Under the pieces are notes generated by a model, which worked only from the letters and a program-made list of their open reading frames with translations, ran no database searches and was not told the DNA's origin. A DNA stretch of 64,000 nucleotides from a virus (Duplodnaviria; Caudoviricetes), in the IMG/VR virus record IMGVR_UViG_2773857766_000004, positions 32,001 through 96,000 of that record; one strand, given 5' to 3'. The position numbers and the translations under genes are program-made. This document shows, one piece after another, positions 27,201 to 36,101 of the stretch; position 1 is the stretch's first letter; every line of letters starts with the position of its first letter.

Positions 27201-30200
27201 AATATTGGCGATCGCCCGCGGCGTCCACCACATCCACCGTGTAGCGGCCGAAGCGCGACAGCGGGGCATAGCCCTCGTCCATCAGCTGCTGCGCCCTCTC
27301 CTGGGCTTTCACCACCGCGTTGTTCAGCTTCATCAGCCGTTCGGACCATTCGGGCCGATCCCGGGCGTCGTCCATCAGCGTGCGGGTCAGCAGCTCCACG
27401 GCATCGTCAAGGGTTTCCTGCGCCAGCACCGCGTCGCGCATGCCCGCGTACTCATCGCCCAGGCTGCGCAGCATGTCGGCGCGCGCCGTCATGTCGATGG
27501 AGCGGTCGATGGCGGCCCGGCCCTCTTGGTAGAGGCTCACCTGGTTCGCGTCGAGCCCGAACATGGTTTCCAGCTCCTTCTGGCTCCACACCACGCCGGC
27601 CTTGAGCACCCGGCTGTTGAAGCTGGTGTTCACGTTGGCCTCGTACATGCCCACGGGCAGGCCCTGCCAGGCGGTCAGGATCTTCGGGTCCAAGCGGCCG
27701 CCGCGCAGCAGCAGTTGGGCCTTCTGGTCGGCCGGCAGATTCTGGTACTTGGCCGTGAGGTCATCCAGCAGCACCGGGGTGCCGTCGATGTCCCGCGCCC
27801 ACATCAGCGTGCCCTCGAACAGCGGGCGCGCCACGGCCTTGTTGTCGGCCGCGGTGATCGGCTTCTTGGTCAGGTCGCGCCAGCTGTCCACGCGCGGCAG
27901 GAGGCGCGGGGCCATGTCGGCCGCGTCGTTGCCCAGCATGGACACGTCATCGATGAAGCGCTGGGCCGACTCGAACACCGGCTTGAACGCGGGCGCGCGC
28001 TCGGCCAGGTGGCGCATCGTGCCGATCGTCTTGTCCCAGAGCGACACCTTGCCGGGGTGGCTCATCGTCTGCGTGATCTGGTCCAGGGCCGAGTCCTTCA
28101 GCGCGGCGATGCGCTCGCGGCTGAACATCACATCCGGACCGGCCCCAGTTTGCGGCAGATCGGCCTCAGTTTTATAATTGGCGCGGAAGCCGGAAACTCG
28201 CTGTACCACCCCAGGCAATTGGAGCCTGGCCGTCGTGGCGAGTTGCCGGCTTTCTTTTTTGTTCGCAAACTGCAGCAGGCCGTCCCGGATCCAGCGCGTG
28301 AACGTGCGGTCCGCGTTGTCCTTCGGGTAGGCGCTGGGCACATAGACCACCTCGGCCCGGTTGCTGGCGCCGTTCGGATCGACGGCCACCACCACCGGGT
28401 TGCCGCGCACCACCAAGCTCGTCACCACCACCATCCGCCCGGGCTGGGTGTCCGACTTGAACACCATCACGGGATTCGACAGCAGCTCGCCCAGCCGCTC
28501 CAGATCCGCGCGCGGCACGCCGTGCTCGAAATGCATCTTGGCGAGGAGGTTGCGGTTCGTGACCACCGGCTTGCGTACCACGCCCAGCGCCTCGAGGGCC
28601 GCCGGCGTCTCGATGCCGAGCGGCACCTGGGCGCGCAGCGCGCGTTCGTCGTTGTTCAGGCCGGCGGTGATGGCCGCACGCACCTCGGCCGCGAACCCGG
28701 ACCGGGCTTCGTCCTGCGCCAGGCTGTACTGCATGGCTGCCGAGCCCATGCCGCGCTCGCGCGCCGCGGCGGCCCGTTCCACCCAGTTGCGCGCCGGCAG
28801 GATGTAGGCCTGGATGATGTCCGCGTCGCGCAGGCGCAGGCTCCCGAACCCGGGCACGTGCTCGCGCAGGAAGTTGCGGATGGCAGCGACGGCCCGCTGC
28901 ACGAAGGACAGCTGCGGATTCTTCTCGGCCATCTCCGCCAGCACCTCCTCCGCCGCCCGGGCCCGGCTGATGCGGTCCACGCCGCGCATGCCGTACTCGG
29001 CCATCTTGGCATCCACGTCAGCGCGGCGCATGGTGGCCACCTGGTTCAGGATCTTGTCCAACTCCGGACCGAAGAGCCCCCGCAGGCCGTGGTGGCCGGC
29101 CACCTCGTGGTACAGCACGCGCGCGGCATCCTCCGGCGTGGTCAGGCGCGATGCCATCAGGTACGCCTTGCCGCCGAAGTAGAACCCCTCGGGTGCACCA
29201 TGGGCGCCACCTGAGCGCTGGCGCGTGTCCGCGTCGCGCACGCGCTGGGGAATGATGGGGTCGTTCAGGTCGTAGGCGACCACCACCTCGGGGGCGTTCT
29301 GCCAAGCCGCCACGATCGGGCTGACCGTTGCGCGGATGGACTCTACGGCCTGCAGGCGGGCCTCGGGGGAGAACCCATCACCCTTCCCCATGATGCGCAG
29401 CAGTTCCGCCGCCATGCCCGCGCCCAGGTCGTCTTGGGCGTATCGACGAAACAACGGCTCGCTCTCAGCGGGGCCTCTCTTCCGCGCGTTGTCGCGGTTC
29501 CGCGCGGGCGCAGAGGGCTCATGGGAAGCAGCGGCCGGGGCCGGCGCGGGGTCCACCTCCATCCGGCCAGCCGGGCCCGTCGCATAGTTCACCTTGGAGG
29601 GTTCGGTCCCGTGGGTGCGTTCAACCGCGCCAGCCTTGTCCGCCCACGCGCCACTCCCGTCCTTCTGCACCTCGCGCACGGTGACGCTCCAGCGCCCATC
29701 CGCGTCCGCCGGCTGGTAGCTGACCACGCGATCGAACCCGCCGCCGTATCCCCGCACAACGTTGCCGGGGGCGAAGTAGGCGGCGCGGCGCTCCTCGGCC
29801 TCCCGCGCTTCGCGCACGGCCTTGCTCTCGCGCTTGGCCTTCGCGTCCTTCATCTTCTCGGGCACGGTCTTCGGCTTGGCTGCCGGGCTCGCTTCACCCG
29901 CCGCGGCGGGTGTTGCAGGCGCGGCGGCCTTTTCCGCCTTCGCGCGTTTCATGCGTTGCGGCACCGTCTCTGCCGCCGCTGGCGGCGCCGGGGGCGCAGC
30001 AGATGCGCTCTCCGAGGCCGGCAGCGCTGGCGCAGGTGCCGGCGCTGTTTCCGCATCCTTGTCGGGGGCTGGGCCGGCCTCCTCCGCCGCCGCCGTGGGC
30101 AACGCGTCGCCGGCAGCCGGGGCCGCGGCCGGCTTCACTGTCTTGGCAGGGTCGCGCACCCAGTCCTTGAATTCGTCCTGCGTCATCTGGGTGATCCCGC

Positions 30201-32814
30201 CCAGCCCCGTCCAGCCCTTCTCGTAGTTTCCGAGGTAGGTGCTGCGGGCCTCGGCCTCATCGGCCGCGCCCATCACCACCTTGTGCTCGTCGAATGAACC
30301 ATCCTTGTTCACCTGGTCCACCACGAACACCGGCAGGGCCGAGTCTTCGGCGCGATCGGTCATGAACACGTCCACGTGGTCCTTGTCCGCACCCTTGGTC
30401 CCCTTGATGTAGCCGTAATGGTTCTGCAGGGGAGGCCATTCAGGCCGGCGGCGCGTGCCGGCCGGATTCTCGATGCTGATGTCGTGACCGTTGATGCGAG
30501 CGTGGCCCTTCCGATAGTTGCCGGCCAGCTTCTGGGCCTCGGTCGGCTCGGGCAGGTCGTTGCTCAGGCTGGTGGCCGCCTCTTGCGCCGCGGCTTGCGC
30601 CACAGTGGGCGCAGATACCGGAGCAGCAGCTGCGCGCGCGGCACGGGCGCTGGTGCCAGCAGCCTTCGGCGGCACCCTCGCCTCGGCGGCAGCCGGCACC
30701 GGCTGGGCGTCCAGCGGAGGGAACGTGGTGCCGCGCGCCATGGCGACGGGTGCTGCAGGTGCTGGCGCCGGCGCGGCGGCGGCCTCCTGCACAGGCGCGA
30801 TCAGGTCGGCAATTTTGCGCTTCAGATCGCTGTTCAGGTTCTCCCACTTGGCGCCCGCCAGGTTCTTCTGCAGGACGGGCTTGAGGCCCTTCAGTTGCTC
30901 GGCAACCACCTGGCGCTGGACGGTAGGCAATCGGGTCCAGGTCTGGCCGGCGGCATCGATGCGCTGGGCGCGCTGGTCCTTGCTTTCCGGCGCTGCTTGC
31001 GCGCCTGCCGCTGTCTTTGCTTGCGCTCCAGCGTCCGCAGTCGTGGTGCCGCCATTGATCAGTGTCCCTTGCGCTGGTGCGCCAGCAGCGGCGACGGCCG
31101 GAGCCTGCGCTGCTGCTGGTGGTTGGGTGCTCGCTGGTTGGGCTTGGGGGCCATCGGTGGTTCCTTTCACGGGGGTGGATTGCTCGGCGGCGCGGGCAGC
31201 CTTGCGGCGCGACAGCTCCTGCGCCAGCTTGATGCGCACGTCGCGGCCCTGGGCGCCGCGGAAGACTTCCGACAGCTGCGCGTCGCTCCAGTTGGCCACG
31301 TCATCGGAACCGGGGATCTCGCCCGTTTCCGGATCCGCGCCAAGAGGTGACCGCGCCGGCTGCTCCTGTTTCTGGGCCTTGCCGCTCTTCTCGCCGGCCT
31401 CGGCCGCCTGTGCCAACGCGGCGGCCTGCTGCATCTGGTCGGAGACGCCGGTATCCACCGCCATGGCGGCGCCGGTCGAAAGCGGGCCGTCGGCGGGGTT
31501 GATCCCCATGCGCACGGAGCGCGGCACCTGGGCGCCCGTGGACTGGTAGATCTCGTCGTCCGGGCTCTCCACCGCGCGCGAGGCCTCCATGTCGGCCTGG
31601 CGCTGCGCCGCGGCGGCGGCGCGCTGCTCGGCCAGGGCGGCGGCCCCGTCCGGCGGTGCAGACTGGGGCCCGAGCACCTCGCCCTGTTCCTGCTCCTGCA
31701 GCATGCGTAGCTGCTCGGCGAAGGCCTCGCTCACCCGCTCAAGCCCGGGATTGCGCGCCGGGGCCTCTGCCGCCGGCTCGTCGCCAGCGGGCCGGGCCGC
31801 GGCGGGATCGCCCTCGCCGACCGCGGCCGCGCGCGGCCGCGCCGCGGCATGGTAGCCAGCAGCACCAGCCCCCATCGCCCCACCGGACAGGGCGCCCAGC
31901 ACGATGGCCGAGTCCACCTGGTCGTACCAGGGCTTGTCGAGCGCGACGTTCTGGAAGATCTGTTCGGCCACGGACTGCGGCAGTTCCTCCAGCAGGCCCT
32001 CGGCGATCGCGCCCTCGATCACGTGCCGCGGGATGCTCTTCACGGCCTGCTGCTGCAGCGGGTTCACGGCGGCGCCGGCCGCCTCGTCGGCGAACTGGCG
32101 AGCCATGCCGCTCCGCCCCTGCGCCAGCATCGTCTCGGCGTCGCCGATGCCCAGGCGCTGCGCGATCCGGCCGCCCACCGCACCGACGGCGCCCCCCACA
32201 GCCCCGGTCGCGGCGGCCAGCCCGGCCTGGCTCGGGGTCAGCAGCCCATCCGGGGTTTCCTGGCGGATCTGCTCGGCCTGCGAGCCGGCCATGGTCAGCC
32301 CTTCACCGGCAGCCCCGGCGAGCGCGGCGCCCTTGGCCCCCATCTGCCCCAGGCGCGTTGCAGCCAGGAGCCCCCGGCCAATCGCCCCGCCACCGATCAT
32401 GGTGGGGATCGACTCGCCAACGCTGGCGACCACCAGACTGGGGTTCTGCACGGCCGTGACCGCCTTGTCCACGATACCGTCGGCTTCTTGGAACTTCCGC
32501 TGGGCTTCCTTGGTGGCGTCGGAGTGCCAGTCGTTGACGATCTCACGCGTCTGCTTGGGACGGAACCCGACAGCGCCGCCTTCGTTCTCGAGGAACTTGC
32601 CCACGCGGCCACCGGTGAGGATGTCCGCGAGGCCCACCGCGGCCTCGGGAATCGCGATGGCGCCCTTCACTGCGGTAGCGGCGATGTCCTGGCCCCAGCC
32701 TTTGAGCCCGCGCTTCGGCTCTTCGCCATCCAATGCTCCAGAGAACGGCTGTAGCGTGCCGGACGATGGTGCATCAAGAACTCCATCGAAGGGCTTCAGA
32801 TTTTGGTCTTCCAT
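24241..32814 (-). CDS. Giant PLxRFG-domain polyvalent virion/ejection protein (2857 aa) containing an intein
   Basis: GYAPLSRFG; InPase-like domain (AGNYRKGH...HYGYIKGTKGADKDHVDVF); HEVAGH metallopeptidase-like motif; MuF-C/BECR-like segment. Confidence 0.9.
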   Translation of the reverse strand: MEDQNLKPFDGVLDAPSSGTLQPFSGALDGEEPKRGLKGWGQDIAATAVKGAIAIPEAAVGLADILTGGRVGKFLENEGGAVGFRPKQTREIVNDWHSDATKEAQRKFQEADGIVDKAVTAVQNPSLVVASVGESIPTMIGGGAIGRGLLAATRLGQMGAKGAALAGAAGEGLTMAGSQAEQIRQETPDGLLTPSQAGLAAATGAVGGAVGAVGGRIAQRLGIGDAETMLAQGRSGMARQFADEAAGAAVNPLQQQAVKSIPRHVIEGAIAEGLLEELPQSVAEQIFQNVALDKPWYDQVDSAIVLGALSGGAMGAGAAGYHAAARPRAAAVGEGDPAAARPAGDEPAAEAPARNPGLERVSEAFAEQLRMLQEQEQGEVLGPQSAPPDGAAALAEQRAAAAAQRQADMEASRAVESPDDEIYQSTGAQVPRSVRMGINPADGPLSTGAAMAVDTGVSDQMQQAAALAQAAEAGEKSGKAQKQEQPARSPLGADPETGEIPGSDDVANWSDAQLSEVFRGAQGRDVRIKLAQELSRRKAARAAEQSTPVKGTTDGPQAQPASTQPPAAAQAPAVAAAGAPAQGTLINGGTTTADAGAQAKTAAGAQAAPESKDQRAQRIDAAGQTWTRLPTVQRQVVAEQLKGLKPVLQKNLAGAKWENLNSDLKRKIADLIAPVQEAAAAPAPAPAAPVAMARGTTFPPLDAQPVPAAAEARVPPKAAGTSARAARAAAAPVSAPTVAQAAAQEAATSLSNDLPEPTEAQKLAGNYRKGHARINGHDISIENPAGTRRRPEWPPLQNHYGYIKGTKGADKDHVDVFMTDRAEDSALPVFVVDQVNKDGSFDEHKVVMGAADEAEARSTYLGNYEKGWTGLGGITQMTQDEFKDWVRDPAKTVKPAAAPAAGDALPTAAAEEAGPAPDKDAETAPAPAPALPASESASAAPPAPPAAAETVPQRMKRAKAEKAAAPATPAAAGEASPAAKPKTVPEKMKDAKAKRESKAVREAREAEERRAAYFAPGNVVRGYGGGFDRVVSYQPADADGRWSVTVREVQKDGSGAWADKAGAVERTHGTEPSKVNYATGPAGRMEVDPAPAPAAASHEPSAPARNRDNARKRGPAESEPLFRRYAQDDLGAGMAAELLRIMGKGDGFSPEARLQAVESIRATVSPIVAAWQNAPEVVVAYDLNDPIIPQRVRDADTRQRSGGAHGAPEGFYFGGKAYLMASRLTTPEDAARVLYHEVAGHHGLRGLFGPELDKILNQVATMRRADVDAKMAEYGMRGVDRISRARAAEEVLAEMAEKNPQLSFVQRAVAAIRNFLREHVPGFGSLRLRDADIIQAYILPARNWVERAAAARERGMGSAAMQYSLAQDEARSGFAAEVRAAITAGLNNDERALRAQVPLGIETPAALEALGVVRKPVVTNRNLLAKMHFEHGVPRADLERLGELLSNPVMVFKSDTQPGRMVVVTSLVVRGNPVVVAVDPNGASNRAEVVYVPSAYPKDNADRTFTRWIRDGLLQFANKKESRQLATTARLQLPGVVQRVSGFRANYKTEADLPQTGAGPDVMFSRERIAALKDSALDQITQTMSHPGKVSLWDKTIGTMRHLAERAPAFKPVFESAQRFIDDVSMLGNDAADMAPRLLPRVDSWRDLTKKPITAADNKAVARPLFEGTLMWARDIDGTPVLLDDLTAKYQNLPADQKAQLLLRGGRLDPKILTAWQGLPVGMYEANVNTSFNSRVLKAGVVWSQKELETMFGLDANQVSLYQEGRAAIDRSIDMTARADMLRSLGDEYAGMRDAVLAQETLDDAVELLTRTLMDDARDRPEWSERLMKLNNAVVKAQERAQQLMDEGYAPLSRFGRYTVDVVDAAGDRQYFGMFETKADSNRMKAEMEKQFPGATVTQGTMSQDAFKLFAGVTPESLEMFGSMLGLDGKGDDPKDKAFQAYLQLAKNNHSALKRLIHRKGVAGYSEDVGRVLASFVYSNARLGAGGLNAGTMESAINAIPKEQGELKDLAMGLRDYIANPQEEGQAVRGMLFAQYLGGSVASAAVNMMQPFQITMPWLSQFGGMRKAGAQMARALKDMSRKGFQYEPDLAAAMQSAEEDGVVSPQEIHQLMSQARGTGSLRTGDGTKVGDARAAVANNWERVKVAWGQPFALAEQFNRRSTFIAAYRMAKEQGMAEPSNFARKAVLETQFVYSKANKPRFARGAVGGALFCVDDTTEALTQRGWVGPDHLVPGDMLASFDMTTERLIWAPMASVHIFDHDGEMVHAKSKTLDMLMTPDHRVVHYKRKRTKGAQRGTTHWELGVAEAQDIPASHRVQIPTAAPFDHLPTGEPITDAQARVLGWVVTEGWFTKKNRGREEWGGALKLYQNEGRTADLIRADLDAAGLEYTETTWNYVGGNAAHIRFNIKKSSAAVLRKMLPGKQLTPALLMRMTKAQIELLVDRMIEGDGSESAAGQRCLIQNPGQTLETFQMALTILGKSFRVSKHGPSCRKVLIRESQRTENGRYSVKESERVRYTGRVWCPIVPGTSTWVARRNGMPFITHNTFKTYSVSYLELMHRMWTQGGPEGKRAVGWAIAMLLLMSGAGGLPFMEDAEDLIDGAAQMMGYNLSSKQWRKQLLADVMGKEIADFVEQGVSGLPGAPVDVSGRMGLGNLLPGTGLLLSKQNRERDLLEVAGPAGDLIARGFTAGRKLLTGDAGGAALEVAPTAVRNAVKGVDMAATGIYKDKKGYKVIDTTLAEAGAKFLGFQPKSVAEVQEANSFMQRTKTFYTQTSSEIKAQWADALFRKDDAALAEARERLADWNRNNPEQPIVVKMPDVWKRVREMGKDRTQRIADTAPKALRQQMREAAREAGQAPA
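25183..26181 (-). mobile_element. Intein with LAGLIDADG homing endonuclease (333 aa)
   Basis: Block A CVDDTTEALT, block B TPDH, LGWVVTEG and MIEGDG, block F VWC, terminal HN followed by +1 Thr. Confidence 0.93.
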
Positions 32815-32820
32815 CCCTCC

Positions 32821-32858
32821 ACTGTCCGCGCTACGGGGCGGAGTGGCGAGCCCTATAC
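32821..32858 (-). promoter_or_regulatory. Late promoter motif copy 3 (giant gene)
   Basis: GTATAGGG-N24-GACAGT, ATG 6 nt downstream. Confidence 0.75.
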
Positions 32859-32953
32859 GGTGCGAAGGAGCCGATACCGCTCATGTCGTGCTCCTGTAAC
32901 GGGAGCAGGTCGGCAGGCTTGGCACGGGGCCCAGGCGCAACATGTCGCACTTC

Positions 32954-32984
32954 TTGCAATGTCTTCGCGGACGTGTATATACAC
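32954..32984 (+). promoter_or_regulatory. TA promoter with palindromic operator
   Basis: TTGCAA (32954-32959) and perfect palindrome GTGTATATACAC (32973-32984) over the -10 region. Confidence 0.6.
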
Positions 32985-33015
32985 CGCGCGAAAATTAGCG
33001 GTACTATTGCATCCC

Positions 33016-33315
33016 ATGAAGAACTTAGAAATCTCTGGAGGCGTACTTGACAAATTGGCAAACAAGCATCAAGTAGAGAGGAAAGAGGTAGAGCAGTGCT
33101 TCAGGAACATCAATGGCCCGCTGCTCATCGATAACAGGGAAGACCACAGGACCAATCCTCCGACGCTGTGGTTTCTGAGCTATACCAACAAGGGCCGTTT
33201 ACTCAAGATCGCGTATATACAAAGAGGCTCAACGATCCATCTGAGGACGTGCTATGAGCCCAACCAAAACGAGATCAGCATTTACACGAGTCACACCAAA
33301 CGGAGAGTCAAATGA
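33016..33315 (+). CDS. BrnT-like ribonuclease toxin
   Basis: KL..KH.V...EVEQCF.N, REDH.T.P.T.WF, T..GRLLK, RTCYEP; AT-richer. Confidence 0.75.
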   Translation: MKNLEISGGVLDKLANKHQVERKEVEQCFRNINGPLLIDNREDHRTNPPTLWFLSYTNKGRLLKIAYIQRGSTIHLRTCYEPNQNEISIYTSHTKRRVK

Positions 33316-33635
33316 ACAAGTTCGCAGGCACTGATGAAGCATGGGAGGAGCGCCAACTGGGCGCTGACGCCGACCACGCAGAGGTGGCCGGTGCGGAGCA
33401 TATGGCAGCGCTGGACGAGGCGATGGGCATGCAGTCCATCTCGATCCGACTGCCCAAAGGAATGATCGACGCATACAAGCTGATCGGCGCTCACCATGGC
33501 GTCGGGTACCAGCCTCTGATGCGAGACATCCTGCAACGCTTCATCCCTGAAGGGTTGAAGGAAGTGCTGGACCACCACCAGCAAAAGGCCACACAAGCAG
33601 AAGGCCGCATTGAGGAGCTGCGGAAGGCGGCCTGA
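33312..33635 (+). CDS. BrnA/CopG-like RHH antitoxin
   Basis: ATGA overlap; WE...LG; ISIRLP...K..G...GVGYQPLMR.IL. Confidence 0.8.
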   Translation: MNKFAGTDEAWEERQLGADADHAEVAGAEHMAALDEAMGMQSISIRLPKGMIDAYKLIGAHHGVGYQPLMRDILQRFIPEGLKEVLDHHQQKATQAEGRIEELRKAA

Positions 33636-33653
33636 TGCCGTACCTTGCCCCAG

Positions 33654-33679
33654 AAGGCCCGCTTCGCGCGGGCCTTTTT
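33654..33679 (+). terminator. Intrinsic terminator after the TA pair
   Basis: AAGGCCCGC-TTCGC-GCGGGCCTT plus T tract. Confidence 0.8.
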
Positions 33680-33782
33680 CATGGTCGAATAACCGAACGG
33701 TAATTGCTCCACGATAACGGGGGCTGTGCCCGCACCTGCCTCAGTGCGCCGGCCTCTTACCCTCCCAGCATAGGAGGGCCCC

Positions 33783-33932
33783 ATGAACGAGAAGACCATC
33801 GCCACCCTCTTGCTTCCGGCCGCCTCCGTCGCCTGCATCCTGGACAAGGCCCCAGACGTGGCGAACGACACGGCAGCGCGGGCGGTCTACCATCTGAGCC
33901 AGCCGTCACGGCCCTGGCCTGCCAATTCCTAA
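33783..33932 (+). pseudogene. Truncated paralogue of the 36102-36452 moron
   Basis: ACILDKAPDVANDTAARAVYHL vs TCILDKAPGVANDTAALAVYQL, then premature stop. Confidence 0.8.
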
Positions 33933-33997
33933 AGTGCCCTCTGCACCTGCGCCCGCGAAGGGGAACGCCCTGCTACATTCCTGCGGGGAGGTACACC

Positions 33998-34082
33998 ATG
34001 GACGGCTTCATCAACAACATCTGGACCGGCCGCGCCGGGCTTGCGAAGACCTACTGGGGCTATGGGTTCCTGGGCGGGCTGG
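33998..34082 (+). pseudogene. 5' fragment of a membrane-protein moron
   Basis: TGCTACATT -10, GGGGAGGT SD, MDGFINNIWTGRAGLAKTYWGYGFLGG, then runs into the convergent ant gene. Confidence 0.55.
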
Positions 34083-34104
34083 AGAGCCCCGTACCGACCC
34101 TTGA

Positions 34105-35055
34105 TCAAGCCCGCCGAGGCGCCGGCAGAATCTCCATAAAGCCTGGTTCCTGCATCCCAGCCACAGGGCAGCGGCCACGCAGGGCTCGCAGAATGCCAAC
34201 CAGATCCGCGGCTTGGTCGCTCATGGGGTGAAACAGCATACCAAGTCGGTCGAGGCGGGTCGTGATGGCTTCCTGCTGCGCCCTTGACACAGGAGATCGC
34301 AAGCCGCACTTCGACAGCACGGCGTTGACCAGCGGCATGAAGACTTCCACCGGCGTGCCGTTTGGCCCTTCCACCTGCCTCACCATTCGGGCAACCTGCT
34401 CGTTCAGCGCACCAGAGGACGGCGCTTCGTCCACCAGATCCCATTCGGCCGTGTGCCGCGCTACGATAGACAGCGCCTCAGTGAACTCGCTGCGCGGAAT
34501 CTGCCTGTACGACACATGGAAGTGTGCCTTGAGCTTGCTCCACCCCTTCACCATGGCCGCAGCCCGCTTGTGCTTCGGAAGCCGGTCAACCGCCGTGGTC
34601 AGCATCAGCCGCAGGGCTTCCGCCTCCTCGCCCGTCAGCACGTCGCCCGGGCTGACCGAGTACAGCGCCCGCGGGTTGACAGCGATGCCCTCGTTCCAGT
34701 AGTGCCAGAGAGCGTCATCGCACTCGTTCTGGTACTGAATGACGCGGGCGCGGACTTGGGGGCTCTTGACCTTGCCCGGCTCGATGGTGGTCAGCCATGC
34801 CGCCGTCTTCCGCACAGGCAAGCAAGTCATGGCCTGCTCGCCACCGGCCGAAGGTATTGTCAAGTTGACAATACCCCAGCGCGACTCGTTGGCCGCCACC
34901 TTGCGGAACTGGCTCCCCCAGTCCAGCCCCATGGCCGCGACGATCGGCTTCATGGGTGTGTACGGCTGCCCGTTGTTCTCCACGACATACAGGTCAGCGC
35001 CATGGAAGGGGACGGTGATTGCGCGGCCGGCCGCGACTTGCGTAGAATTCGACAT
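34105..35055 (-). CDS. ant: Phage antirepressor (P22 Ant N-terminal domain)
   Basis: ITVPFHG..L...PYTPMKPIV..MGLDW..Q; YQNECDDALW.YW. Confidence 0.9.
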   Translation of the reverse strand: MSNSTQVAAGRAITVPFHGADLYVVENNGQPYTPMKPIVAAMGLDWGSQFRKVAANESRWGIVNLTIPSAGGEQAMTCLPVRKTAAWLTTIEPGKVKSPQVRARVIQYQNECDDALWHYWNEGIAVNPRALYSVSPGDVLTGEEAEALRLMLTTAVDRLPKHKRAAAMVKGWSKLKAHFHVSYRQIPRSEFTEALSIVARHTAEWDLVDEAPSSGALNEQVARMVRQVEGPNGTPVEVFMPLVNAVLSKCGLRSPVSRAQQEAITTRLDRLGMLFHPMSDQAADLVGILRALRGRCPVAGMQEPGFMEILPAPRRA

Positions 35056-35131
35056 GTTGAATCCTTCTGTCAGAGGTTGGGTTTGGACACTCGACGCCCC
35101 GGTTGCTGCAACTTCCGGGGCGTTTCCTTTT

Positions 35132-35311
35132 TCAGGCCGTCTTGGCATGCTGGGCCTCCTGGGCCTCCTGGGCCTCTTTGGCCTGTGCCAAAAACTTGTT
35201 GACCAGCCAGTTCATTGAGCGGTCCTGCTCCTTCGCCTGGGCCTTGATCCATTCATGGACCTGGGTTTGCAGCCGGACCTTCAGTTGCTCACCCGCTTGA
35301 GTTGATTTCAT
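35132..35311 (-). CDS. arc: Arc-like RHH repressor (59 aa; not in ORF track)
   Basis: AAGGGAG SD; MKSTQAGEQLKVRLQTQVHEWIKAQAKEQDRSMNWLVNKFL... Confidence 0.85.
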   Translation of the reverse strand: MKSTQAGEQLKVRLQTQVHEWIKAQAKEQDRSMNWLVNKFLAQAKEAQEAQEAQHAKTA

Positions 35312-35326
35312 GGCTCCCTTTCATGA

Positions 35327-35391
35327 ACCTATTAGGTCCACGCAGCCAATGTACCTTTTAGGTCCATTGTCGTCAACACCTATTTGGCCCA
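35327..35391. promoter_or_regulatory. Divergent Pant/Pmnt control region with three operators
   Basis: Minus strand TTGACG-17-TACATT (35376-35348); repeats ACCTATTAGGTCCA, ACCTTTTAGGTCCA, ACCTATTTGGCCCA at 35327, 35353, 35378. Confidence 0.8.
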
Positions 35392-35404
35392 TCATCCGCA
35401 CCCG

Positions 35405-35941
35405 ATGAAGCAGACCGACCCGCAGTACAAACTCCGAATCCCTCCGGACCTGAAGGAGCAAATCGAGACCGCCGCAAAGGAGTCAGGCCGCTCCATGAAC
35501 GCCGAAATCGTGGCGCGTCTGGAGGATTCATTTGCTGCGCGAAACGACGGAACCGTGTTGGCAGCCATGGACGTGGTGCGCAGGGAGTGGGAGCTAAGTG
35601 CGACCGTCAACCGGCTTGAATTCACGCTCCGTGGCTACCAGGATCAGTTGAGCTTTTTGCGTCAACGGATGGCGCGGGAACGGAGGCTGCTGAAGAACCT
35701 TCAGGAGGTTCGCGACCAAGCCCGGCAACGAGGTGACCTCGCCCAGGTTGAGCACATCCAGGCCGAAATCGATGAGAACGAGGAGTGGATGAAGGCTTCA
35801 GAGGTCGAGTTGAAGCAACTCGAGGACGTCATCACTGCAATGAAACGGCAGCTGGTGGACGTCATGCATGCAGCGGTGAAAGCTGGAGATGAACAGCTGA
35901 AAGCCGTGACGCCGGTAGATCCTGCGCCGCCACGCAAGTAG
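35405..35941 (+). CDS. Arc/Mnt-family repressor with a coiled-coil tail
   Basis: DPQYKLRIPPDLKEQIETAAKESGRSMNAEIVARLEDSF. Confidence 0.9.
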   Translation: MKQTDPQYKLRIPPDLKEQIETAAKESGRSMNAEIVARLEDSFAARNDGTVLAAMDVVRREWELSATVNRLEFTLRGYQDQLSFLRQRMARERRLLKNLQEVRDQARQRGDLAQVEHIQAEIDENEEWMKASEVELKQLEDVITAMKRQLVDVMHAAVKAGDEQLKAVTPVDPAPPRK

Positions 35942-36101
35942 CGTCGCGCGGCGCTGAGCTGCGTGGTCATGGCGACCATGAAGCCGCCCGCCAGCCACCC
36001 AGGGTCTGGCTCGGGCACGCCCATCGAACTGTTCTGACCGCTCCAGACATTCCAGGTGCGCACTGGTAAGAACGGAGCGCCGCTCTGCTACATTGCCCTC
36101 C

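Noticed and set aside
35150-35176. 9-nt tandem repeat TGGGCCTCC
   Set aside because: Encodes EAQEAQEAQ at the Arc C-terminus; in-frame and with no sign of phase variation
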